The position numbers were made by a program, and so were the translations under genes. A model generated the notes under the pieces. That model was not told where the DNA came from. It made no database searches and saw only the letters and a list, made by a program, of their open reading frames with translations. Positions 24,790 through 33,029 of a stretch of 64,000 bases of DNA are shown in pieces. Origin of the DNA: an uncultured Verrucomicrobiae bacterium (GTDB lineage Bacteria > Verrucomicrobiota > Verrucomicrobiia > Opitutales > JABDGR01); contig CAVXVB010000009.1 of NCBI GenBank assembly GCA_963765205.1, positions 1,312,001 to 1,376,000 of the forward strand, written 5' to 3'. Each line of letters begins with the position of its first letter. Positions within the stretch are counted from its first letter, which is position 1.

Positions 24790-24847
24790 TTGCACGGGTT
24801 GCACGGATAAATTTTTGCCATCCATGCGATCCGCGCCCTCCGTGGTC
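24790..24847. repeat. Inverted 9-mer repeat element (CACGGAT-type) between rpiB and lpxB
   Basis: TTGCACGGGTTGCACGGAT...ATCCATGCGATCCGCGCCCTCCGTGGTC; same family as 26079-26171 and 51526-51591. Confidence 0.65.
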
Positions 24848-26027
24848 AAACCCCAAACATTTTATTTTCCAGCCATAGCGCCGCGGCACCCTCCGTGGCC
24901 GCCGGCTCGCCGAGGAGTTGGCGTAACTTTGCCGCGTCGGCCGCGGCCTGTTCGCGGGCGGCGGGGGCTTCGCATTCCGTCAGCCGCTTCGCCAGCGCGG
25001 CGGGTTGGGCGTCGCCCTGGATGAATTCCGGCCAGGCGGATTCGCCGAGCAGCAGGTTCGCAATGCCGAGGTAGGGCACCTGCACCACGCTGCGGCCCAC
25101 GATGTAGGTAATCGGGTTCGTGCGATAGACAATCGCGCCGGGGATGCCCGCGAGTGCGCAGGAGAGCGACATCGTGCCTGAACTCGTCAGCACCATCCGC
25201 CCCGCCGCCTCGTCCGCCACCGCGCGCAACGCGACGTGCGGCGCCAAATCGGGGCGCGCGGCGATTTGCTTCTCCAGTTCCGCGCGCACGCCCGGCCCCG
25301 AAACGAGAGTCACGGCTTTGGCTTCGGGCCGCGTCAGCCGATATTCCGCAAAGCCCGCGAGCATCTTGGGAAAAATGCGCGACACCGGCGCGACACGGCT
25401 GCCGGGCAACAGCAGCACCGGCCCGTCCGCCGCGTAACTCACCGGCAGCCGGTGCTCCGGCGCGGCGAAGGGATGGCCGACAAATTCCACCGGCAGCGTG
25501 GTGTCGGCAAAGCAACCCGGCTCGAAGGGAAAAATCACCGCCAGCGCGTCGAGCCGCTTCGCCATGGTGAAACGCCGCCGCGCCTTCCACGCCCAGATTT
25601 GCGGGGCGATGTAATAAAGCAGCCGCACGTTCCCGCCCGCCGGGCGGCTCCGCTTGCGCAGGTAAAGTTTCCGCGCCAGTTCCAGATTGAAGCCCGGATA
25701 ATCCACCAGCAGCACCGCGCGCGGCGCATTTTTTTCAATCCACGCCAACGTCTGCGCCAGCAACTCCTTGAAAAATCCGTACTTTTTCAACACTTCCACC
25801 AAACCGACGACCGCGTGCGCGCTCAAATCGTAGAGCAAGAAGGCACCCGCCTCCTGCAATGCCGGGCCACCGAGCGCCGCGACGCGCACTCCCGGCCGCC
25901 GCGCGCGCAACCCGCGCACCAGCCGCGCGGCATGTTCGTCCCCCGACGGTTCACCGGCAATGACCAGCACATCCGGCGGCGGTTCGCCGGCGGGCCAGGC
26001 TTGCAGGGTGGGTGGGGGAAGGTTCAC
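24846..26027 (-). CDS. lpxB: Lipid-A-disaccharide synthase
   Basis: AGEPSGD, VDYPGFN, YIAPQIWAW, IFPFE, FVGHP, LLPGSR, SGT motifs. Confidence 0.95.
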   Translation of the reverse strand: MNLPPPTLQAWPAGEPPPDVLVIAGEPSGDEHAARLVRGLRARRPGVRVAALGGPALQEAGAFLLYDLSAHAVVGLVEVLKKYGFFKELLAQTLAWIEKNAPRAVLLVDYPGFNLELARKLYLRKRSRPAGGNVRLLYYIAPQIWAWKARRRFTMAKRLDALAVIFPFEPGCFADTTLPVEFVGHPFAAPEHRLPVSYAADGPVLLLPGSRVAPVSRIFPKMLAGFAEYRLTRPEAKAVTLVSGPGVRAELEKQIAARPDLAPHVALRAVADEAAGRMVLTSSGTMSLSCALAGIPGAIVYRTNPITYIVGRSVVQVPYLGIANLLLGESAWPEFIQGDAQPAALAKRLTECEAPAAREQAAADAAKLRQLLGEPAATEGAAALWLENKMFGV

Positions 26028-26224
26028 CGCAAAGGCGCGAAGCGCGCAAAGGAGTTGGGTGGGTTTGGTTAAAAATTAAACCACGGATGGCACGGATAGC
26101 ACGGATAAAGAAATCAAGGCAACGACCCCGCTAGTTAAAACACATCCGTTTTATCCGTGTCATCCGTGGTTGTCTTGGGGTTTGAGATATTCCTGCTTGG
26201 CGCTCTTGGCTCCTTCGCGGTGAA
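26023..26224. repeat. Nested inverted tandem-repeat elements
   Basis: Outer arms TTCACCGCAAAGG... / ...CCTTCGCGGTGAA; inner arms AACCACGGATGGCACGGATAGCACGGAT (from 26079) / ATCCGTTTTATCCGTGTCATCCGTGGTT (to 26171). Confidence 0.85.
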
Positions 26225-26228
26225 TCCC

Positions 26229-27212
26229 TCACAGCCCGCCCGCCTTGATCTGCGCGGTGATGGTCAGGGCGATTTCGAGCGCGGTTTTGCCAAAGACCAC
26301 GTCAATCTTCGGTGTCTGCGCGGTGCGCACACTTTCGATGAACGAAGCCAGTTCCAGCTTGAGCGGCTCCGCCTTCTCGACCGCGATTTCCTCGCGCTTG
26401 AGGCCGCCCGGCGTCCAGCGCACGAAATGCCCCGCGCATTGGTCGAAATCCACCGACATGTAGCCCGCGCGCTGGAAAATCCGCCATTCCCGCGCCCGCT
26501 TTTTGCTGAGGCGCGAGACATTCAGGTCGGCGACACAGCCGTCGGCGAAAACGAGGCGCGCGTTGGCGATGTCCATGTGCTGCGTGAGGACGGAAAAGCC
26601 GGCGGCGTCAATGCGCGCGACCGGCGCGCCCACCAGTTTCAGCACCAGCCCGATGTCGTGGATCATCAAATCGAGCACGACATCCACCTCCTTGACCCGC
26701 GGGTTGACGTAGCCTTCGTGCGCGCTTTCGGCATCAGTCGCGTTCGGGTCTGGAATTAGCGGCGCCAGCCGTTCGGCGCGGATGAAGCGCGGCTGGCGGA
26801 CATTTTTTTCGAGGTAGGCCATCACCGGGTTGAAGTGCTCGATGTGCCCGACCTGCACAAGGCGGCCGGCCTTTTGCGCGGCGGCCACGATTTTATCCGC
26901 GTCCTCGAGCGACAGGCAGAGCGGCTTCTCGATGAGCAGGTGGCAGCCTGCCGCCAGCAGCCGCAACGCGACAGCGCAGTGATGGTTCGTCGGCACAACC
27001 ACGCTCACCACGTCGCAGGCGCGGCCCAGGGCCTCGGGCGAATCAAACACCGCGCAGTGGTGCCGCGCGGCGATTTCGGCGGCGCGGGCCAAGTCCGTGT
27101 CGTAAACCCCGGCGAGGGTGACGCCGGGCAGTTCCGTGTAAACGCGCGCGTGGTGCTGGCCGAGGTAGCCGACGCCGGCCACGCCGGCGCGAAGGGGGGA
27201 AGATTCGGGCAT
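26229..27212 (-). CDS. Gfo/Idh/MocA-family NAD-dependent oxidoreductase (GnnA-like)
   Basis: GVGYLGQHHAR Rossmann motif, LIEKP, VGHIEHFNP, DLMIHDI; directly upstream of lpxB. Confidence 0.85.
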   Translation of the reverse strand: MPESSPLRAGVAGVGYLGQHHARVYTELPGVTLAGVYDTDLARAAEIAARHHCAVFDSPEALGRACDVVSVVVPTNHHCAVALRLLAAGCHLLIEKPLCLSLEDADKIVAAAQKAGRLVQVGHIEHFNPVMAYLEKNVRQPRFIRAERLAPLIPDPNATDAESAHEGYVNPRVKEVDVVLDLMIHDIGLVLKLVGAPVARIDAAGFSVLTQHMDIANARLVFADGCVADLNVSRLSKKRAREWRIFQRAGYMSVDFDQCAGHFVRWTPGGLKREEIAVEKAEPLKLELASFIESVRTAQTPKIDVVFGKTALEIALTITAQIKAGGL

Positions 27213-27637
27213 GGCCCGTTTATCCACGAATCGCCCCCGCTTGGCACGAATATTTTGTTGCTTAGAGGAAATTGCCAAAATCAAGGAACCCCAAGAATAT
27301 AATAAACATAAAAACTCCAGAAGATAAAAGCCGATCATCAGGAGGTAAAGCGATCATGCAACATGAACAGGATGGCCGCAAACACCTCCCGCTTGTTGGC
27401 CCGGGGTCGTCCAAACGCACTGCGTTGGCGGCGTTGTAAGACCGGACTTAACCCCTCCCATTGTTTGTCAGTTATAAACATTCCATTCCAAAAGCGGCTT
27501 TTATGCCGACTTTTCGGATCGCCTCCAGGGAATCCCGATCAGGTTGCAGCCGGGTGCTGCTTTCATTTTGTGTTGCCAATGCTGGATTTTTAGATTGTAA
27601 AAAATGTCCCCCACCCCACCCCCAAGGAGATTTCAAC

Positions 27638-28816
27638 GTGAAACTGTTTTATTTGCACCACGCGAAAGTTCGCCTCGTCTTGATTCTGGCCGCCCTGCCC
27701 GCCACCGGCTATTTTTCCGTCGCCTGCGCGGCCGCGGATTCGCCGCCGCCGGCCATCAGCACACCGGCCCCGGCGCCAGCCCACCCGGAAGATTCGTGGG
27801 GCGCCTGGGCCACCGGCCAGGAGCCGACGACCATCGGCACCAAGGTCGTGCAAAACCTGCTCGATCGGCCCAAGCTCGATCTTTCCGGCGGCGGGCTGAC
27901 CTACCAGGAAACTTGCTGCGGCTACGGGGCCGTCCGCTTCGCCGCCGCGATCAAGAACCCGGATTTGCTGAACAAGGTGATCGCGCGCTATCAGGCCATC
28001 ATCACGCCCGCCGGCGCCCGGCTGGCCCCCAAGCCGGATCATGTGGACCGGAGCGTTTTTGGCATTCTGCCGCTGGAATTGTATAAAGACCAGGACTCTC
28101 ACGACCCGCAGTATCTCGCGCTCGGCCTCAAATACGCCGATGTGCAGTTCGCCACGCTCAACCCCGCCGGCTTGAGTTCCGAAACCCGCTACTATATTGA
28201 CGATGCCTTCAAGCTCTGCGCGATGCAGATGCTGGCCTATCGCGCCACCCAAAAGGCCGACTACGCGGCCAACGCCGTGAAGGAAATGAACGCGTTCGTT
28301 GACCAGTTGCAGCAACCCACCGGCCTGTTCTTTCACGGCCCCGACGCCCACGTTTATTGGGGGCGCGGCAACGGCTGGATCGCGGCGGGCCTCACGGAAA
28401 TGCTGCTCAACCTCCCGGCCACCGACCCCCAGCGCGCCAAAATCATGACCAGCTACAAGGCGATGATGGCCGGGCTGCTCAAATACCAGGCCGCCGATGG
28501 CCGCTGGCGGCAGGTGATTGACGACGACCAGGCCTGGGAGGAAAATTCCAGCACCGGTTATTTTATTTTCGCGCTGGGTGAAGGCGTGGATCAGGGCTGG
28601 CTGGATGCCGCCACTTACCGGCCGGTGGTTAAAAAAGCGTGGGGCGCGCTCTGCGGGCAAATTGATCCGCAAGGCAACATCCTGGACGTCGGTGGCGTGA
28701 CCGAACATTCCAACGACGTAAGCTATTACCTGGCGATCCCGCGCACCAACGGCAACCTGCACGGCCAGTTCGCCGCCATGTGGGCCGCCACGGCTTTGCT
28801 GGACCCCAAGCACTGA
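27638..28816 (+). CDS. Unsaturated glycuronyl hydrolase, GH105/GH88 family
   Basis: AAGGAG RBS + GTG start, signal peptide; HVD, YIDD, WGRGNGW, ENSST, HGQ motifs. Confidence 0.85.
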   Translation: MKLFYLHHAKVRLVLILAALPATGYFSVACAAADSPPPAISTPAPAPAHPEDSWGAWATGQEPTTIGTKVVQNLLDRPKLDLSGGGLTYQETCCGYGAVRFAAAIKNPDLLNKVIARYQAIITPAGARLAPKPDHVDRSVFGILPLELYKDQDSHDPQYLALGLKYADVQFATLNPAGLSSETRYYIDDAFKLCAMQMLAYRATQKADYAANAVKEMNAFVDQLQQPTGLFFHGPDAHVYWGRGNGWIAAGLTEMLLNLPATDPQRAKIMTSYKAMMAGLLKYQAADGRWRQVIDDDQAWEENSSTGYFIFALGEGVDQGWLDAATYRPVVKKAWGALCGQIDPQGNILDVGGVTEHSNDVSYYLAIPRTNGNLHGQFAAMWAATALLDPKH

Positions 28817-28952
28817 GGGGCCGTGCGGCGGTTCCCCAGAGGATGCAGCGCCCGGCTTTATCGCTCTTGCACGCCGCGTTCGCAACCGTTTTGCTGAAGG
28901 AAGACAACTGCCCCACCCCGGAGTGTGCGGCCCGCCAGCAACTGATTTACCC

Positions 28953-30407
28953 ATGTTTGAACAAGCCTTCAAAAGCATTGACGACATCCTCCGCCAAGAG
29001 GCCGGTTGCGCCTCTGAACTCGATTACACCGAGCAAACGTCCTGGCTGCTTTTCCTGAAATACCTCGATGATTTGGAAAAGGACAAGGCGACCGAGGCCG
29101 CGCTGGACGGGAAAAAATACAGCTACATTCTCGACCAACCTTACCGCTGGGACACCTGGGCCGCCCCCAAGGGCAAGGACGGCCAGCTTGACCACAACGC
29201 GGCGATGACGGGCGACGACGTGCGCGATTTCGTCAACGGCAAACTCTTCCCCTACCTGAACACCTTCAAACAACGGGCCACCGGGCCGCAAACCATCGAA
29301 TACAAAATTGGCGAAATCTTTGGCGAAATTAAGAACAAAATTTCCAGCGGCTACAATTTGCGCGACATCATTGACCACATTGACGAACTGCATTTCCGCT
29401 CCCAGACCGAAAAGCACGAACTTTCGCACCTCTACGAAGACAAGATCAAGAAGATGGGCAATGCCGGGCGCAATGGCGGCGAGTATTACACCCCGCGCCC
29501 GCTCATCCGCGCCATTGTGCAAGTGGTGCAACCTAAAATTGGCCAGCGCATTTATGACGGCGCGGTCGGGTCGGCGGGCTTTTTGTGCGAAGCATTTGAT
29601 TACCTGAAAGCCCACGGCAAGCTCACCACCAAAGACCTCGACACGCTCCAGAACCGCACTTTTTACGGAAAGGAAAAAAAGTCTCTCGCCTTCGTCATCG
29701 CCATCATGAACATGATCCTGCATGGCATCGAAGCCCCCAACATTATTCACACCAACACGCTCACCGAAAACCTGGCCGACATTCAGGAAAAAGACCGCTA
29801 CGACGTGGTGCTGGCCAATCCGCCGTTCGGCGGCGGGGAGCGCAAAGAGGTGCAGCAAAACTTTCCCATCCGCACCGGCGAGACGGCCTTTCTCTTCCTC
29901 CAGCACTTCATCAAAATTCTCCGGGCGGGCGGGCGCGGCGGCGTGGTGATCAAGAACACCTTCCTTTCCAACACCGACAACGCTTCCACCAGCCTGCGCA
30001 AGCTCTTGCTGGAAAGCTGCAATCTGCACACTGTCCTCGACTGCCCCGGCGGCACCTTTCAGGGCGCGGGCGTAAAAACTGTGGTGCTCTTTTTTGAAAA
30101 AGGCAGCAAGACCCGCAAAATCTGGTTCTACCAGCTCGATCCCGGCCGCAACCTCGGCAAGACCAACCCACTCAACGACGAAGACCTGGCTGAATTCGTG
30201 AAGCTGCAAAAGACCTTCGCCGACTCGCCCAAGTCGTGGAGCGTGGACGCCAAGAGCATTGACCCGACAACCTTTGATCTTTCGGTAAAAAACCCAAACG
30301 GCGGCAAGGAAATTGCTCACCGCACCCCGGAAGCGATCATGGAGGAAATCGCCGCGCTGGATGCCGAGAGCGCGGAAGTGTTAGGGAACATTAGGGGGCT
30401 GCTATGA
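28953..30407 (+). CDS. hsdM: Type I restriction-modification methyltransferase subunit M
   Basis: WLLFLKYLDD, GEYYTPR, YDGAVGSAGFL (motif I), NPPF (motif IV). Confidence 0.95.
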   Translation: MFEQAFKSIDDILRQEAGCASELDYTEQTSWLLFLKYLDDLEKDKATEAALDGKKYSYILDQPYRWDTWAAPKGKDGQLDHNAAMTGDDVRDFVNGKLFPYLNTFKQRATGPQTIEYKIGEIFGEIKNKISSGYNLRDIIDHIDELHFRSQTEKHELSHLYEDKIKKMGNAGRNGGEYYTPRPLIRAIVQVVQPKIGQRIYDGAVGSAGFLCEAFDYLKAHGKLTTKDLDTLQNRTFYGKEKKSLAFVIAIMNMILHGIEAPNIIHTNTLTENLADIQEKDRYDVVLANPPFGGGERKEVQQNFPIRTGETAFLFLQHFIKILRAGGRGGVVIKNTFLSNTDNASTSLRKLLLESCNLHTVLDCPGGTFQGAGVKTVVLFFEKGSKTRKIWFYQLDPGRNLGKTNPLNDEDLAEFVKLQKTFADSPKSWSVDAKSIDPTTFDLSVKNPNGGKEIAHRTPEAIMEEIAALDAESAEVLGNIRGLL

Positions 30408-31588
30408 AAAAAGGGTGGGAATTCAAAGAACTCGGTGCGGTGTCTGCCATTAACTATGGCTACACGGAAAGTGCATCGAGTGAGCCTATTGGCCCTCGAT
30501 TTCTTCGCATCACCGATATTCAGGACGATCGCGTCGATTGGGAAAGTGTTCCCTATTGTAAGATTGAAACAGCGGATATTGCCAAATATCGCTTGGCCAG
30601 CGGAGACATTGTTTTTGCGCGAACCGGGGCGACAACAGGCAAGAGCTTCCTCGTAGACGAACCGCCCGAAGCTGTGTTTGCATCGTATTTAATTCGACTT
30701 CGGTTGCTCGACAAAAAGCTGTTGCCTGAATTCGTGTCACTTTTCTTCCAAACCAACGGTTACTGGAAGTCGATCAAAGAAGGCTCGGCAGGTAGCGCAC
30801 AAGGTGGCTTCAATGCGACAAAACTTGCTGCTCTCTCTATTCCTGTTCCTACGCTCTCCGAACAGCAACGCATCGTCAGCATTCTCGACGAAGCATTTGC
30901 GGGCATCACCACCGCGAAAGCCAACGCCGAAAAGAACCTCCAAAATGCCCGCGCCCTCTTCGAAAGCCACCTCCAATCCGTCTTCACCCAGCGCGGCAAG
31001 GGGTGGGTGGAGACAAAACTGGATGACGTTTGCGGTTTTCAAAATGGGTTTGCATTTAAGAGCAGTAGCTTTAAGGACTGCGGCTTTCCGATTCTGCGCA
31101 TTTCGAACATTCAGGACAACCGGGTTGCAACGGAGAAACTTGTGTTTTTCGACCCGAAGGACTACCGAGAGAATCTCGATAGGTATCGAATCGTCGAAGA
31201 TGATTTGCTGATTGCCATGTCTGGAGCAACGACGGGCAAGCTTGGTTTCAACATGACAAGCAAAGTGTTCTATTTAAATCAACGCGTAGGCAAGTTTGAG
31301 CCTGGCAAGAATCTCGACAAGCGCTTTCTATATTACTTCCTCTCGACTAAAATTGAGGAAAATCTGCGCATTTCGGTAGGTTCAGCTCAACCCAATTTAA
31401 GCACCGAACAGATCAAAAACTTTTCTCTGCCATTACCGTCATTCACGGAACAATCGCGCATTGTCGCCTCTTTCGACAATCTCCACATCGAAACCCACCG
31501 CCTCGAATCCATCTACGAACGCAAGCTGGCGGCGCTGGAGGCGTTGAAAAAATCGTTGTTGCACCAGGCGTTCACGGGCAAACTTTAG
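30404..31588 (+). CDS. hsdS: Type I restriction-modification specificity subunit S
   Basis: Two lower-GC target-recognition domains separated by conserved PxLxEQxRIV helices; ends LKKSLLHQAFTGKL. Confidence 0.95.
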   Translation: MKKGWEFKELGAVSAINYGYTESASSEPIGPRFLRITDIQDDRVDWESVPYCKIETADIAKYRLASGDIVFARTGATTGKSFLVDEPPEAVFASYLIRLRLLDKKLLPEFVSLFFQTNGYWKSIKEGSAGSAQGGFNATKLAALSIPVPTLSEQQRIVSILDEAFAGITTAKANAEKNLQNARALFESHLQSVFTQRGKGWVETKLDDVCGFQNGFAFKSSSFKDCGFPILRISNIQDNRVATEKLVFFDPKDYRENLDRYRIVEDDLLIAMSGATTGKLGFNMTSKVFYLNQRVGKFEPGKNLDKRFLYYFLSTKIEENLRISVGSAQPNLSTEQIKNFSLPLPSFTEQSRIVASFDNLHIETHRLESIYERKLAALEALKKSLLHQAFTGKL

Positions 31589-31594
31589 GCCTTC

Positions 31595-31984
31595 ATGAGC
31601 GACGAAGCCCAGCCGCAATCCTCGATCATCCTCTACCAGGCGGAGGATGGGCGCCCGCGCATTCAGTGCCGGTTCGAGAAGGAGACGGTCTGGTTGACGC
31701 AAAAGCTGATGGCGGAGTTGTTCCAGAAGGATGTGCGGACGATCAACGAGCACATTCAAAATGTCCTGGCCGAGGGGGAATTGCCGCCGGATTCAGTTAT
31801 CCGGAAATTCCGGATAACTGCCGCCGATGGCAAAACCTACGAAACGCAGCATTACAACCTGGAGGTCGTTATTTCCGTCGGCTACCGAGACCACCGCCCG
31901 CAACTATTCGGAAATACCGAGTGGTTGGCCGGAATTGCCCAACGCCCAAGGTTTGCCCCAGGCTGGAGGCCATCCCATGAGTGA
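31595..31984 (+). pseudogene. Truncated RhuM-family gene (N-terminal part only)
   Basis: ETVWLTQKLMAELFQ...YNLEVVISVGYR, then unrelated sequence. Confidence 0.8.
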
Positions 31985-33029
31985 CGAATCCCTGCCTACC
32001 CCTTCGCCCGGCGGCCAGTTCCTCGTTTATCCGACGGAGGACGGGAAGCTGAAGATTGAGGTGCGCTTTCAAGGCGAGACCGTCTGGCTCTCGCTCAACC
32101 AACTGGCCGATTTGTTCCAGCGGGACAAGTCGGTCATCTCCCGGCACATCAAAAACGTGTTTGACGAGGGGGAACTGCGCCCGGAGGGAACTGTTGCAAA
32201 ATCTGCAACAGTTCAAACCGAGGGGGGAAAGCAGGTCACGCGGGAGATCGAATTTTACAATCTCGATGTCATCATCTCGGTCGGCTACCGGGTGAAAAGT
32301 GCCATTGCCACCCGCTTTCGCATCTGGGCCACCCAGCGGCTGCGGGAATACATCGTCAAGGGTTTCGTTTTGGACGACGAACGCCTGAAAAACCCCGACC
32401 TGCCGTTCGACTATTTCGAGGAATTGACCCGCCGGATTCAGGACATCCGCACCTCTGAGCGGCGGTTCTACCAGAAGATCACAGACATCTACGCCACCAG
32501 CATTGACTACGACGCCACGCAGGAAATCAGCATTCGTTTCTTCAAAACGGTTCAGAACAAGGTGCATTGGGCGATCACCGGCCAGACCGCCGCCGAGATT
32601 GTGCATGGCCGGGTGGGCGCGACCAAACCCAACCTGGGGCTGACCAACTGGCGCGGCGCGACCATCCGCAAACAGGATGTGGCCATCGCCAAAAACTACC
32701 TCAACGAGCCGGAACTGGCGGCCCTGAACAATCTCGTGGAGCAATACCTCGTCTTTGCCGAAGGGCAGGCCCTGCGGCGCGTGCCCATGCACATGGCGGA
32801 TTGGATCAAGAAGCTGGATGGCTTCCTGACGCTCAACGAGCGCGCCATCCTCACCCATGCCGGGCGCATCTCCCACGAGGTCGCCCAGGCCAAAGCCGAG
32901 TTGGAATACGACAAATTCAAAGCCCTGAGCGCCGCGGCCGCCCGCCCGGTGGACGCGGATTTCGAGCAGACGGCCAAACTGATTCAAAAGCTGCCGCGGC
33001 GGAAGAAACCCAAAAAGAACGCTCCATGA
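31977..33029 (+). CDS. RhuM-family DNA-binding protein
   Basis: ETVWLS, YNLDVIISVGYRVKS, FRIWATQRLREYIVKGF, RIQDIRTSERRFYQKITDIY, VQNKVHWA, AKNYL motifs. Confidence 0.9.
   Translation: MSDESLPTPSPGGQFLVYPTEDGKLKIEVRFQGETVWLSLNQLADLFQRDKSVISRHIKNVFDEGELRPEGTVAKSATVQTEGGKQVTREIEFYNLDVIISVGYRVKSAIATRFRIWATQRLREYIVKGFVLDDERLKNPDLPFDYFEELTRRIQDIRTSERRFYQKITDIYATSIDYDATQEISIRFFKTVQNKVHWAITGQTAAEIVHGRVGATKPNLGLTNWRGATIRKQDVAIAKNYLNEPELAALNNLVEQYLVFAEGQALRRVPMHMADWIKKLDGFLTLNERAILTHAGRISHEVAQAKAELEYDKFKALSAAAARPVDADFEQTAKLIQKLPRRKKPKKNAP

Noticed and set aside
30404..31588. Phase-variable hsdS shufflon
   Set aside because: Only one hsdS, with no silent TRD copies, invertase or long inverted repeats seen.
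32567..33025. Extended 925 aa HsdR start
   Set aside because: It overlaps RhuM out of frame; MNEAETR at 33026 is the typical start and is coupled to the RhuM stop.
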